Source: Mustelus asterias (taxonomy: Eukaryota). Taken from it: a stretch of 64,000 bases of DNA. This document shows, one piece after another, positions 50,988-64,000 of this stretch (positions are counted from its first letter, which is position 1; every line of letters starts with the position of its first letter). The DNA lies in contig NC_135812.1 in the NCBI RefSeq assembly GCF_964213995.1, positions 84,940,001 to 85,004,000 on the forward strand. The letters run 5' to 3'. The position numbers and the translations under genes are program-made. The notes beneath the pieces are model-generated. The model was not told where the DNA came from. It searched no databases and saw only the letters and a program-made list of their open reading frames with translations.

Positions 50988-53237
50988 ATGGATCAGTATG
51001 ACATGCAATTCATAGGAACAAGTCGTTACAATTTGATTTATAAAACAGGAAATGCTAGAATTACTCAGCAGATCAGAGAATATCCATTGAGAGAGAAACA
51101 AAGGGTGGTGGGGGAATTATTTGGAGCCCACGAGAGGGGGAATCATTGCAGGCAAATGATTCACTTTGGCAAGATGCAAAATTTTGTTTTCCCAACTGTG
51201 GGTTGAGATGCAGCGATTAAGTCAGTGACATGTTTATGGCATTATGCCAGCCAAAATAGAGATTTTACATGCCATGAATACTCAATAACGTAAAACTTTA
51301 AAAAATGATATCTTACTTTAAAGGGAAAGTTAGTGATGCAAGAGACTCGATACCTGGCTCGCAATTGTTTAAAGGTTGTGTGTGCTGGTTGGTTTTCTGC
51401 AGTTATGTGTAAGGCCAGCAGTTTTCCTTCTTTAACTCGAAGGCACAAGGGAGGAGAATAGGAGAACGGCAACTTGCATAGAAGCTCAGCATCCACAAGT
51501 GTCAGTCAGTGATGGTGGGGGAGGGCTTTGTGTAGTGGGCTCAGTGGACACAGCAGTGTGGGTCGGGGGCATGATAGAGTGAAGTCAGAAGGGCCTGGCA
51601 TCCTAGTTATTGTTGGTGGGAACACAATAAAAAAAAAGAGAGGCCTTAAGAGTAGTGTCAGTACTGTCCAAACATATGTTGATCTCGGGGTGTTGGCTGG
51701 CAGAGTCTTTACAGGGCTTTGAGTTCACCATCAATATTTCAATTACCCCATTGACAGTTACCTTGGACAATATCCTCTACAATGTATGGAAAGTTAGGAC
51801 CAGCTGAGTCTGCATGTTCAGCCACGCCCCACAGAGTGATGAATACCAAACTGGACCCTAACAGGAACATTCAATAAAGAGTGAACAAAAAAACACAAAA
51901 TTGTTTCTTCCACACTAAAAGAAATGTCCCTGACACCCCTGTAACCATCAATGCGCGCCAACTATCAGGCATGCCAGTACATTTAGCCCTCTGACTAAGC
52001 TAGTCTCAACAAAGAACAGTGATGCCAACATGAATGTAGTGAAACCGATGTAAGGCGTAATATTTATAAATGAAATTTAATTTTGAAAACATCCCTGCCA
52101 GCTTTGTGCTTTGGGTCTTATGTCAATGGTGATGGAGTTGGTCAGGAAAGTTGTGGGTATAAAGCAGAGACTTCCTGTTTGACCACGAGGCTCTTTAACA
52201 GACTACCCGTGGGTGCAGCATTGTCAGCTGAACGTAGATTTGACCAATGAAAAGCTTCCCCTGTCAGTAAATTGAACATGTTTGCCGTTGGCGCTTTGCA
52301 TTTTAATGATAATCACATGGGAATAGGCAAAAAGAGAGAAAGGGTAAGTGGCGTACTGTCCTGGTTATGACATCAGGAATGGCACGATGTTGACAAAATC
52401 CTGGCCAAAGTGACCATTTTAGATCAGCAACACTTTGTTTAGTTATGACAAAACTTCACTGAAATATTGGGCTGGATAATAATCCACCGGGACCATGGGC
52501 GGCATGGACAAGTTGGGCTGAAGGGCCTGTTTCCTATAAACCTCTATGACTCTATGACCAGTGGGGTTTGGGTCTTGGGATGGTGCAGTGGGGCGGGGGG
52601 GAAGTGGTGAAAGTTAGTGAGGAATGGGAACTCTGATACAGGCACTTCCCCGCACACTATGCAACAATGTGCATGCAGAAACGTTGATTTGGCAATCAGT
52701 TGAATGGGGTGCAGTTCATTGGAAACCACACAAGGTGGTTCATGTGGAGCGGGAGGTGTTAATGCAGAATAGGAGCGAAATCATGAAAGAAGAGTAAACA
52801 TGGGGTCAATCTGGGGACGCCAGGGCCCCACGATAGGATGGTGGTCTTGGGGAGTGGTTGGGAGCAGACAAGAAGGCAGTCACGCAGCAGATAAAGAAAA
52901 AGACACTTGCAAGGTCGGTCACTGCTGGGTTTCCCAGGACATAAGAAAGCTGGTTGTTCACAGTTAAATTTCAAATGTTGTGTAACAATTAGTCTCGCAG
53001 CCTAATTATAATATTTAAATTGCCAATCCATCTCCTTAAAGTGAGTTTGTTACCGAGCCTCTATCACCCCTCCTCCATCTTTACGTGTCGGCAGGTTAGA
53101 AGTGTGATTGTGTCAGGATTCATGTTTTTGACACTTTAGCCTCTCAAGCAAACCATATTCTTCGGGGTTTTTTTAGTTTATAACTCTCCCCGTTAATTCT
53201 GTTTCTCCCACCACAGTTGTTGCCTGATCTGCTGAGC

Positions 53238-54488
53238 CATCCCCTACGGACAAGCCCTCCGTATACACAGGATCTGCTCGGATGAGGAGGATCGCAACAG
53301 ACACCTCCAGACGCTGAAAGATGCCCTCATAAGAACAGGATATGGCGCTAGACTCATTGATCAACAGTTCCAACGCGCCACAGCGAAAAACCGCACCGAC
53401 CTCCTCAGAAGACAAACACGGGACACAGTGGACAGAGTACCCTTCGTTGTCCAGTACTTCCCCGGAGCGGAGAAGCTACGGCATCTCCTCCGGAGCCTTC
53501 AACATGTCATTGATGAAGACGAACATCTCGCCAAGGCCATCCCCACACCCCCACTTCTTGCCTTCAAACAACCGCACAACCTCAAACAGACCATTGTCCG
53601 CAGCAAACTACCCAGCCTTCAGGAGAACAGTGACCAAGACACCACACAACCCTGCCACAGCAACCTCTGCAAGACGTGCCGGATCATCGACACAGATGCC
53701 ATCATCTCACGTGAGAACACCATCCACCAGGTACACGGTACATACTCTTGCAACTCGGCCAACGTTGTCTACCTGATACGCTGCAAGAAAGGATGTCCCG
53801 AGGCATGGTACATTGGGGAAACTATGCAGATGCTGCGACAACGGATGAATGAACACCGCTCGACAATCACCAGGCAAGACTGTTCTCTTCCTGTTGGGGA
53901 GCACTTCAGCGGTCACGGGCATTCGGCCTCTGATATTCGGGTAAGCGTTCTCCAAGGCGGCCTTCGCGACACACGACAGCGCAGAGTCGCGGAGCAGAAA
54001 CTGATAGCCAGGTTCCGCACACACAAGGACGGCCTCAACCGGGATATTGGGTTTATGTCACACTATTTCACATAAATATTTCTGCTTTTTTCCTCCTGAG
54101 TCTTTATCATGCGATCCTAGAATCAGAATTTATGTCACACTATTTGTAACTCCCACAGTTGCGTGGACCTGCAGAGTTTCACTGGCTGTCTTGTCTGGAG
54201 ACAATACACATCTTTTTAGCCTGTCTTGATGCTCTCTCCACTCCCATTGTTTTGTTTCTTAAAGACTGGATTAGTTGTAAGTATTCGCATTCCAACCATT
54301 ATTCATGTAAATTGAGTCTGTGTCTTATAAGTTCTGTTTGTGAACAGAATTCCCACTCACCTGAAGAAGGGGCTCAGAGCCTCGAAAGCTTGTGTGGCTT
54401 TTGCTACCAAATAAACCTGTTGGACTTTAACCTGGTGTTGTTAAACTTCTTACTGTGTTTACCCCAGTCCAACGCCGGCATCTCCACA
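53238..54488 (+). mobile_element. Penelope-like element 3' part: RT C-terminus, GIY-YIG endonuclease and pseudo-LTR
   Basis: Open frame IPYGQALRIHRICS...CKTC...NVVYLIRC...WYIGET...RMNEHR up to 54075; TSD CTGCTGAGC (53229-53237 and 54489-54497). Confidence 0.9.
54358..54394 (+). ncRNA. Minimal hammerhead motif
   Basis: CAC-CTGAAGA-A-GGGGCT(cag)AGCCTC-GAAA-GC-TT-GTG. Confidence 0.6.
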
Positions 54489-56000
54489 CTGCTGAGCATG
54501 TCCAGCATTTTCTGTTTTTATTTCAGATTTCCAGCATCCACAGTATTTCCCTTCAATGTGATTATTGCCCTGTCCACACGATCCCATTCACCTTAACTTA
54601 ATTCCTCATACTAAGCGGTCTGTTCTAAATTCATAATTTTCATCAGACTAAACAAATGTTTTTTTTCAGACAAGTGGTTTTAATGCTGCAATAATCACAA
54701 ATATTCACAGAAATTAGATCTTCAGAATCTATGGCAAGACAAACAATGGCATGTGAATGCAACTTGACTATTTCTACGCACAACTGTCTCGCTTAGTCTA
54801 CCCAATGCAAGCATGCTGCCATCCAAAGCTCTGCTGCCCGTGTCCTTACTTGCCCCAAGTCCTGTTCACCCCTGTGCTAGATGACCTACATTGGCTGCTG
54901 GTTAAGCATTATTATTTTTTAAATTCTCACCATTGTTTTCAAATTCTTCCATTGCCTTTCCCCTTCCAGAATTCTGTAATCTCCTCCAACCCTACCAGCC
55001 TCCAAGATATCTGCATTCTTCTCATTTGGGCCTCTTAGGCATTCCTGATTTAATCCGTCCACCACAAGTGGTTGTGCAATCAGCTGGCTGGTCCCTGACA
55101 GTTTTTTTTAAAGTTTCTTTATTAGTAAGGCTTACATTAATGCTGCAATGAAGTTACTGTGAAATTCCCCTAGTCGCCACACTCTGGCGCCTTTGGGGTC
55201 AATGCACCTAACCAGCATGTCTTTCAGACTGTGGGAGGAAACCAGAGCACTCCGAGGAAACCCACGCAGACACGGGGAGAACGTGCAGACCTCACACAGA
55301 CAGTGACCCAAGCCGGGAATCAAACCCAGGTCCCTGGCGCTGTGAGGCAGCAGTGCTAACCACTGTGCCGCTGTGTCGCCCTGGAATTCCTTCCATTAAC
55401 CTCTCCACCCTATTAGCTCTGATTCCTGCTCCAAGATGCTCCTTAAAACCTACTTCTTTGACCAAATTTTTGATCATCTGCCCTAATATCTCCTTATGTG
55501 CCTCATGTCAAGCTTTGTCTTTTATGAAATGTCTAGGGACGTTCTATTATGTTAAAGGTACAGTATAAATCTCAGCTGTTACATGAGAAATGAGCAATGG
55601 TAATGGCAATGTTATATGGTTTGTATATAATGCTAATTCAGTGGGCGGACACAATCTGCGAGATCATCAGCGGGGGCTCAAGATCTGGCGAAACATGGAA
55701 ATCGTGAACCTCACCACCGAGATCACGACCTCTAATTTTTGCCACCCCTCGTGTTAACCTGATTTTAATACATTTTAATAAATTTAAATGTAATCAAAAA
55801 CCCCCACCGCCAGATTCTCCCCCCCACAAGATTTTTATACCTCGCCGCCATGATCACAACAGGTTCACCCAGACGTGAACCTGTTGAGGGGATCCCTCAA
55901 GGGGTGCAAAGGCCTGTATAGCCCCTGGAGGGGAGGGACATGGCCAGACACTGCCCTCGCAATGCCCCCAGCACTGCCCTGGCACAATTTGGCACTTTCA

Positions 56001-56071
56001 GTTGGCACTGTCAAGTTGGCACTGCCAGGTTGGCACTGCCAGGTTGGCACTGCCAGGTTGGCACTGCCAGG
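56001..56071. repeat. 14-bp tandem repeat GTTGGCACTGCCAG x5
   Basis: Read directly; a similar array lies at 41700-41810. Confidence 0.9.
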
Positions 56072-57404
56072 TGGGCGCACTGATCTCTGTGGAGTCTGTT
56101 CCCAGCTCTAAGAGCCCCTGCTCTGCTAGCGTGATGACGCAAACCATGCCCACTCTTTTTTTTGCAGTTAAAGGAAGAAGATCCAGAGAGAAAACTGTCC
56201 AGTGGAGCTGGCGACTTCCACACCAGTTTTCTCAGCAGAGCTGACACTTTGCTAAATACTCGTTTTATGTTTATCTTGCATAAAGAGAATACAGCAGTAT
56301 CACAATACGAGAACATTGTCACACAACAAGGGAGTGCAATAATTCAGCATTTCTGAAGCAATGGAAAGTCAGCAGAAACTATGGACGCCATTTTCCAGCC
56401 CTGCCCGCCACTGGGATCATCCAGTCTTTTGGCTGGGCTACTGAATCTCCAGCAGCGAGCGGGTCCCACTGCAACAGGGCCGGAAAATCCCAGCCTGTGT
56501 CATAAAATTTATGAGACTGTGTAAAAAGTGGGAAAGTAGAGACAATGCTGAAATCAAGTGGCAGGACTATGGAAGTGATGTTGCATGATATTACATCGCA
56601 GAGGTGGCCAACTTGATTTTTCACTCCTGCCAAGACCGGGATAGGAGGAAACTTGCAGGGAAAATCCTGCACCCTGTAACACTGTTTTGATATTAAAAAG
56701 ATAATGGGAAGCTTATGAAGAGCTTGAGGTTGACTTCAGGAAACAACATTTATATTCTGATGGTCACAATTCAGACCATTGAAACCCGAATAGCTTATTG
56801 AAGCCACTTATGTTATGTTGCATGTTATATATGGCGTTAATACTTTAAAAAGTGAAAGTTAAATTCCACCACATGGCTCAGTGGGAAGGGCGATTCCTGC
56901 CCCATGCAAACCAGGAAGATCCCAAGTTCAATCTCACATCTGTGAGAATACACCCCAGTGTTATTTTTCACGATGACATTCACTAGCTAATGCCAAACAT
57001 TAGAAACAGAATAAAGTTCCTTCAGTCACACCTCCACAGTGTTTGTATTTGAAAGAAGAGCCGTAATTTAGCCTAATGCAATGTTTAGGGTTGGCATTTA
57101 TCCAGCTCAATAGCTTATATATCACATCACGGGTAGTCAGCCTGAAAAGAAAGGTACCAAAATCAAGACCAATCCTGATGTGATAAAAACCTTCTTCATC
57201 ACTGTTGGCTGTAAGGACCCTATTTGAAATTATTCTGAGCAGTTTCATCTAGATGCAGAAGATTGCACTCTTCTGCAGATAAAGCAACACTGTTGAGATT
57301 GGGCAGAGAGTCCTTTACTCTGCCTCAGTCTTGTGCTACATTTGATCATGACCAACTGGTTTCACAATTGGAACTTGCTCTATCCCCAGAACTGACATAA
57401 ATCA

Positions 57405-57790
57405 TCCAGGGTGACCTGCTCGAGGTAAACAAGATTATGAGAGACATGGACAGAGGGGATAAGGAGCAGCTGTTCCTCTTAGTTGAAGGATCAGTCACGA
57501 GGGGACATAGGTTCAAGGTGAGTGGCAGGAGGTTTAGGGGGGATGTGAGGAAAAGCTTTTTTACCCAGAGGATGGTGACGGTCTGGAATGTGCTGCCTGG
57601 GAAGGTGGTGGAGGTGGGTTGTCTCACATCCTTTAAAAAGTATCTGGATGAACACTTGGCATGTCATAACATTCAGGGGTATGGGCCAAGTGCTGGCAGA
57701 TGAGATTAAGTGGGAGTTCAGGTGTTTCTAATGTGTTGGTGCAGACTCGATGGGCTGAAGGGCCTCTTTTGCGCTGTATGATTCTATGAT
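57405..57790 (+). mobile_element. CR1 3'-end fragment
   Basis: TRGHRFKV..FFTQR..WNVLP. Confidence 0.85.
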
Positions 57791-60194
57791 TTTCACAGCA
57801 TGTGTTCACATACTGTGCTTTCAGTGTGTTATTTGTTTTATTTAAATCAGTCCATATTAAAGATGGCTGCCAGATTCCAGAAGACAAATAACATCTCCAC
57901 CTTTCTGTAATTTATTGAAAATACTCTGCAGGTTATGAAAAAAACAGCCTTACACAAATATACTTTTGCACGATATAATTTGGGTTATTTTTTGCATAAA
58001 TAGCACGTGTCGAATAAGATTTTGGGCGGGATTTTCCGGCTGCACTCACCCCAGAACTGGAAAATCCGGCCCGAGGTCCAAAGATGTGTGGGTTAGTGGG
58101 TTGGCCATGCTAAATTGCCCCTTAGGGTCAGGGGGACTAGCTAGGGTAAATGCATGGAGTTATGGGGATAGGGGCTGGGTCGGTTGTAGTTGGTGCAAAC
58201 TCGATGGGCCGAATGGCCTCCTCCTGCAGTGTAAGATTCTATGATTCCATGAGGTCAACAGACCTTTGCATGGTCCGCTCCCCCATCCGCTACGAATCCC
58301 GCGGCGGGCGGGAAGGGAAAATTCCACCCATTATTTTGAAAGGGAAATCAAGCGGAATTAAACCCATGGTCAAAATGGAAATCAATATAATTACAGGCAA
58401 CTTATGGTGCTATCTGTAGTCCAATTAACATCCACATAAAAGGGACTGATACTTAAGGCTTAAATTGGATAAGTTTCCATTTTACTGAATCATATTTTTA
58501 TTTGCCCATCAATTCACAAAACTATAGTGGAAAAATTACAGGTTGATTAATGTAGTTTGCGCATGCAAATGTTGTATGTTAACTTTGTTACAGTAGCAAA
58601 CTCTAGTCTAAATTTACCAATTAGGAATGCTAGACGTTAGAAGATGCAGGAATGGCAGCTGCCCAGCCTTTAGTGTGGAGCGCCCATTATTGTGATTCTG
58701 TGATCAGCCTCAATACAAAAAGGAAAGTCCCTGGCTTTGTAAAGCCCCGTGATTGAGAGTTTGTCCATTTTAAGACTGGAAATTGAGTCTGCAGAACTTA
58801 AATGGCCAGCTCTTGTGGTTTGTTTTTAAGGCAGTGAGCTTCCTTGGAATTTCCCAACATCTGAAAGATGTTCAACAACATGCCCTACTTTTCAGATGAT
58901 GCAGTAGAACTTGTGCCAAAGGAAGTGGCACGCAGGACAGCTGAGAACAGCTCTTTTTAGCTTGAAGTATCACAGGACCTTGATGTGAACTACATAACGA
59001 GAGTTGCACAAAATAGCTACCAGCTTGAATGCCACAAAATAGGCTACACATTATGATAACAATTATGTCCATAAATGTAGCAGGGTTCACTCTGCTTCCT
59101 GCCAAGTTGAAGCAGTTAACTGGAAGCAAGCATACAGATGAGCCCCCTACATTCGTGAACAATAAATAGGCAAGGATTTGGCCGTGGTGCCTCACTCTGA
59201 TTTCTACTAAGTTTTGACCAAGTAATGTTTATTTTTCATGTGGACCAATTGGAAAAATCTAAGCTTAAGTGCTGGACGGCTTTGCTGTTGCAGAAATTGA
59301 GTTTGATAAATGAATATAATCTGTTTCGTTTCAAGGTCACAATTCTTTTGGCTAAAAAGTGAATAGAATTACAACAAAAAGAGTTGACAGAAAGACTGAC
59401 AAACAAAAAGAAAGCTATTTATTTAATGGGAATCTCCAGGGATCTTAGGCATTAGGCAGAATTTTCCCTTCCCGCCTGACACGGGAATCATAGCAGGTGG
59501 TATACGGACCATGCAAAAGTCCGTTGACCTCGGGTGGGATTTCCTGTCCTTGGGGTGAGCGCGGCTGGAAAATCCCGGCCATTACCTCTGTGAGTAATTT
59601 CAATGTAACTAGCGAGGCAAGTGGAATAATAGTTTTGCACCCCGTCCAATATTACTGTACAATGAAGTCAATTATGTTATGCTGTGTGTTATAAATGATG
59701 TTGGTACAGTATTTGAAAATATAAAAGTTGAGTTTCCCCCCACGTGGCTCAGTGGGCAGGGAGGCTACTGCCCCATGCAAACCAGGAAGGTCCCAAATTC
59801 AATCTCGGAGTTGTGAGAACACATCCCCAGTGTCACTTTTCATGATGACATTCACTAGCTAAACTATAACATTAGAAACAGAATAAAGTCCCTTCAGTCA
59901 CACCTCCACAGTGTTTGTATTTGGAAGATGAGCCATAATTTATGTTTAGGGCCTTTTAAGGCCAAGTTAAAGGGAAGGCGATGGCCTAGTGGTATTATCG
60001 CTGGACTATGAATCCAGAAACTCAGCTAATGTTCTGGGGACCTGGGTTCGAATCCCGACATGGCAGATGATGGAACTTGAATTCAATTTTTTTTTAAAAT
60101 CTGGAATTAAGAATCTACTGATGACCATGAAACCATTGTCGGAAAAGCACATCTGGTTCATTAATGTCTTTTAGGGAAGGAAATCTGCCGTCCT

Positions 60195-61071
60195 GGACTT
60201 GCGGATAGCGAAGAGCATTGTCGGGCAATACAGCAGGATATAGATAGGCTGGAAAATTGGGCAGAGAGGTGGCAGATGGAGTTTAATCTGGATAAATGCG
60301 AAGTGATGCATTTTGGAAGAAATAATGTAGAGAGGAGTTATACAATAAATGGCAGAGTCATCAGGAGTATAGAAACACAGAGGGACCTAGGTGTGCAAGT
60401 CCACAAATCCTTGAAGGTGGCAACACAGGTGGAGAAGGTGGTGAAGAAGACATATGGTATGCTTGCCTTTATAGGACGGGGTATAGAGTATAAAAGCTGG
60501 AGTCTGATGATGCAGCTGTATAGAACGCTGGTTAAGCCACATTTGGAGTACTGCGTCCAGTTCTGGTCGCCGCACTACCAGAAGGACGTGGAGGCGTTAG
60601 AGAGAGTGCAGAGAAGGTTTACCAGGATGTTGCCTGGTATGGAGGGTCTTAGCTATGAGGAGAGATTGGGTAAACTGGGGTTGTTCTCCCTGGAAAGACG
60701 GAGAATGAGGGGAGATCTAATAGAGGTGTACAAGATTATGAAGGGGATAGATAGGGTGAACGGTGGGAAGCTTTTTCCCAGATCAGAAGTGACGTTCACG
60801 AGGGGTCACGGGCTCAAGGTGAGAGGGGCGAAGTATATCTCAGATATTAGAGGGATGTTTTTTACACAGAGGGTGGTGGGGGCCTGGAATGCGCTGCCAA
60901 GTAGGATGGTGGAGGCAGGCACGCTGACATCGTTTAAGACTTACCTGGATAGTCACATGAGCAGCCTGGGAATGGAGGGATACAAACGATTGGTCTAGTT
61001 GGACCAAGGAGCGGCACAGGCTTGGAGGGCCGAAGAGCCTGTTTCCTGTGCTGTACTGTTCTTTGTTCTTT
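60195..61071 (+). mobile_element. CR1 LINE 3' fragment inserted in a tRNA-SINE
   Basis: ORF 60276-60998; TSD GTCCT (60190-60194 and 61072-61076). Confidence 0.9.
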
Positions 61072-61862
61072 GTCCTAACCTGATCTGTCCTACGTGTGAC
61101 TCCAGAGCCACAGCAATATGGTTGACTTTCAACTGCCCTCTGAACAAGGGCAACTAGGGATGGGCAATAAATGCTGGCCAGGCAGCGACGCCCATGTCTC
61201 ACGAATAAATAAACAAATGGAATGGAGTTCAAAAGGAGGATGACAACTGGCTCCATGGCTTAGGTTAAAATTGCCCCCTCTTGCCAGCAACAGAACAGAC
61301 TCTTTGCCGTAATTGCAGGGATCCCGTCCCACAAGGATTCTTGTGCATTGCAACTCAGATAATTACAGACACTAACTCACTAATCTCCTAGTCGTCTCAT
61401 ATTTTGACAGCACAATACTAATTGGACATGCAGGTTATAAAAGCAGGTTGCTTGAGTAGGTGTAGTAAAATATAACCATACTGATCTTAGAGACCTTAAT
61501 GGCAGCTACAGAAAAGAGCAGGGGGGTTTGAAGCCTCACTGTGTTCCCTGGAAGAACAGAACTCCACAACAGAGATCATTCTAACAGTCTCTGTGATACT
61601 ACTGAAGCATGCTGGAGCCAAAAAAGAGCCACTAAAATGAATTCAACTTTCTGAGCTTTGGGAAGGGCAGCTTCATACTACTAACAATGGAGCTAAAAGG
61701 ACATACAAAGCAGCTCAGAGGATTTCAGCTACTATAAATCAAGATAAGAGACATGAAACAATTTTAAAAACAGAATCCTGGAGTTTCCCTTCGATGGGCT
61801 TCCTTATTGTTTTCTAATAACAGTCCCATATTAACTGAAACATTGCTTATTTAGTTGTTCAT

Positions 61863-62413
61863 TCATTTCTCACTGCTTGGTTTAATCAGGTAGCCATTAA
61901 AGGTGATGTAAGTATCAAAGCCATCACTGAAGATGGCGTTCTCCCGTTCTCCCTTAAACAAACGAACCCAGACTTCATCATCCTGTTTCAGATCTAACAT
62001 GATGCTCTGGCTTTGCATGATGCTGCGGTCACTGGGCTGAGCATAGAGAATGACAATCTCCTCTTCATTCTTCATGATGTGCATGTAGGTTTCCTTCTGA
62101 TTCCAGGTGTGGACATTCAGGCCAAAGTGATAAATGCCTGGGATGGAGCAGTAAAACTTCCCTGTGAACATGTTAAATTGATCGTACAGGTTGACATGCA
62201 CGGTATCAAACACCAATATCTGGTAGTAATTGTTACTGTGTAGTTCTTTCTTTCGGCCAACGGAGAAAGCAGCGTAGTATACTTTGCATGGCTCCCCAAA
62301 CTTTCCTGTATTTCCCTTTGCACCTTTTGAACCCGCTGGACCCCGCATTCCAGGCCCTCCTGGTTTTCCATTTTTGCCATAAGATCCTCGTAGCCCGTTA
62401 TCACCCTTCTCAC
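61863..62413 (-). CDS. C1QTNF1: Last coding exon of C1q/TNF-related protein 1 (CTRP1): 14 Gly-X-Y collagen triplets plus globular C1q domain and stop
   Basis: Acceptor tatttatttttag|GT GAG AAG at 62414/62413 (phase 1). Reads (G)[55 protein letters not shown]...[15 protein letters not shown]...[15 protein letters not shown]...[22 protein letters not shown]. These motifs match CTRP1 better than CTRP6/8. Upstream exons lie beyond 64000. Confidence 0.9.
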
Positions 62414-62719
62414 CTAAAAATAAATAAATAGTATGTTATAAAGCAGTAAATGATCACAGTCTGAAAGACCCGCTGGTTAGGTGCATTGACCCGAACAGGC
62501 GCCAGAATGTGGCGACTAGAGAAATTTCACAGTAACTTCATTGCAGTGTTAATGTAAGCCTTACTTGTGACTAATAAATAAACTTTCTTTGACCACGTAT
62601 GTCTAACTGTATTCCTTTTCACTAGTTTAAGGTGCAACTATTGGAATCAAAAATTCAAGTTTAAGTGGAGTAATTATTAGATTCAACACCAATCTCCCTC
62701 TGTAAAGCGCTAATAGCCC

Positions 62720-63040
62720 AAAGCCCAAAGGTAGGGAAGTCTAAAAATAGATGGCATAGGTTTAAGGTGAGAGGGGAGAAAGGCAAAAGGGCCCAGAGGG
62801 GCAATTGTTTCACACAGAGGGTTATGAGTGTCTGGAACAAGCTGCCAGAGGCAGTAGTAGGGGCGGGTACAATTTTGTCTTTTAAAAAGTGTTTAGACAG
62901 TTACATGGTAAGATGGGGTATAGAGTGATACGGGCCAAACGCGGGCAATTGGGACCAGCTTCGTCGTTAAAGAAAAAGGCGGCATGGACAAGTTGGGGCG
63001 AAGGGCCTGTTTCCATGCTGTAAACCTCTATGACTCTCTG
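62720..63040 (+). mobile_element. CR1 3'-end fragment in the C1QTNF1 intron
   Basis: Same tail as 15480-16290. Confidence 0.8.
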
Positions 63041-64000
63041 GCTAATAATAGTTCTCGATGATTAAAATAGTAGACACTGTGCTACCTCATCCCCCCTCCC
63101 CCTCACACCAAAAACATCAAGGGCAACATCTTCATGACTTATGTAATATTTTTCTTTAAAGTAGGGACCAAAAATGTTCCTTTAACAAATGTTCCAGTGG
63201 TTTCCTACAAAGTCAACAATTTATTTGTTCATTCACCTTTATTTGCTCTGAAACAGCTGGCTGATTTTGTGCTTTGCGTTGGATTTACTAACGTCATTTG
63301 TGCTATTTACCTGTCAAAAAAGATGAGATCTGTATACCCAGTGATTGATCTGGATTTTAATCGATGGATAAACAAAGATTAGAACAAGTCAACATGGTTT
63401 TATGAAATGGAAATCCTGTTTGACAAATTTATTAGAGCTTTTTGAGCATGTAACTAGTAGGGTAAGTAGTGGGGACCCAGTAGTATATTTGGAAAGACAT
63501 TCAATAAGGTGACACAAAAAGGGCTATTACACAAACTAAGGGCTTTTAGAGTTGGAGGTGATATATTCGCATGAATAGAGGATAGGTTAATGGACAGGAA
63601 GCAGAGATTCGACATAAATAGAGCATTTTCAATTTGACAGGCTATCACCAGTAAAATGCTGGAAGAAGTAGTGCTGGCACCTCAACTAACTCAAACCTAT
63701 AGTAATGACTTAGAGGAACTGACAGAGATCTGGCTTTGCTGATGATGCAAAGCCGGGTAGCAATGCAAACAGTTAGGAAGAAACAAAATGGCTCCAAAGC
63801 GATATAGGGAGGGATTTTCCAGCCACACTCGCCCCAAAACCAGAATATCCCGCCCAATGTCACTGGACCTTTGCATGGTCTGCCCCACCCCGCCCAATAC
63901 AATTCCCGTGGCAGGCGGAACAGGAAGATTCCCCCATAAAGTGAGTAGTAATCCAGAGACCCAGGGTAATGGTCTGGGGACCCGGGTTCAAATCCCACCA

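Noticed and set aside
61863-62413. Assignment as C1QTNF6 or C1QTNF8
   Set aside because: [34 protein letters not shown] and [10 protein letters not shown] match CTRP1 better.

Overview
This is eukaryotic vertebrate DNA, most likely from an elasmobranch (shark): it is dense in HE1/V-SINE-like SINEs, CR1-group LINEs, Penelope-like elements, solo LTRs and MITEs. Most six-frame ORFs are repeat debris. Host-gene content is (i) the last coding exon of a C1QTNF1/CTRP1 orthologue on the minus strand (61863-62413), (ii) a four-exon FABP1 (liver-type fatty acid-binding protein)-like gene on the plus strand (21280-34827) that the ORF track misses and that carries two frameshifts and a degraded donor, so it is probably a non-processed pseudogene, and (iii) a CCAAT/YY1 promoter with candidate 5' exons of an unidentified minus-strand gene near 10.8-11.2 kb. 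The most unusual non-coding items are a ~340-bp highly structured element with two U2 snRNA 5' fragments inside a solo LTR (candidate U2-derived SINE), several minimal hammerhead-ribozyme motifs in Penelope pseudo-LTRs, a TSD-flanked 28S rRNA fragment with the sarcin-ricin loop, and several locally templated insertions and foldbacks. Family names come from motif recognition by eye, with no database search, and repeat boundaries are approximate unless a TSD is quoted.
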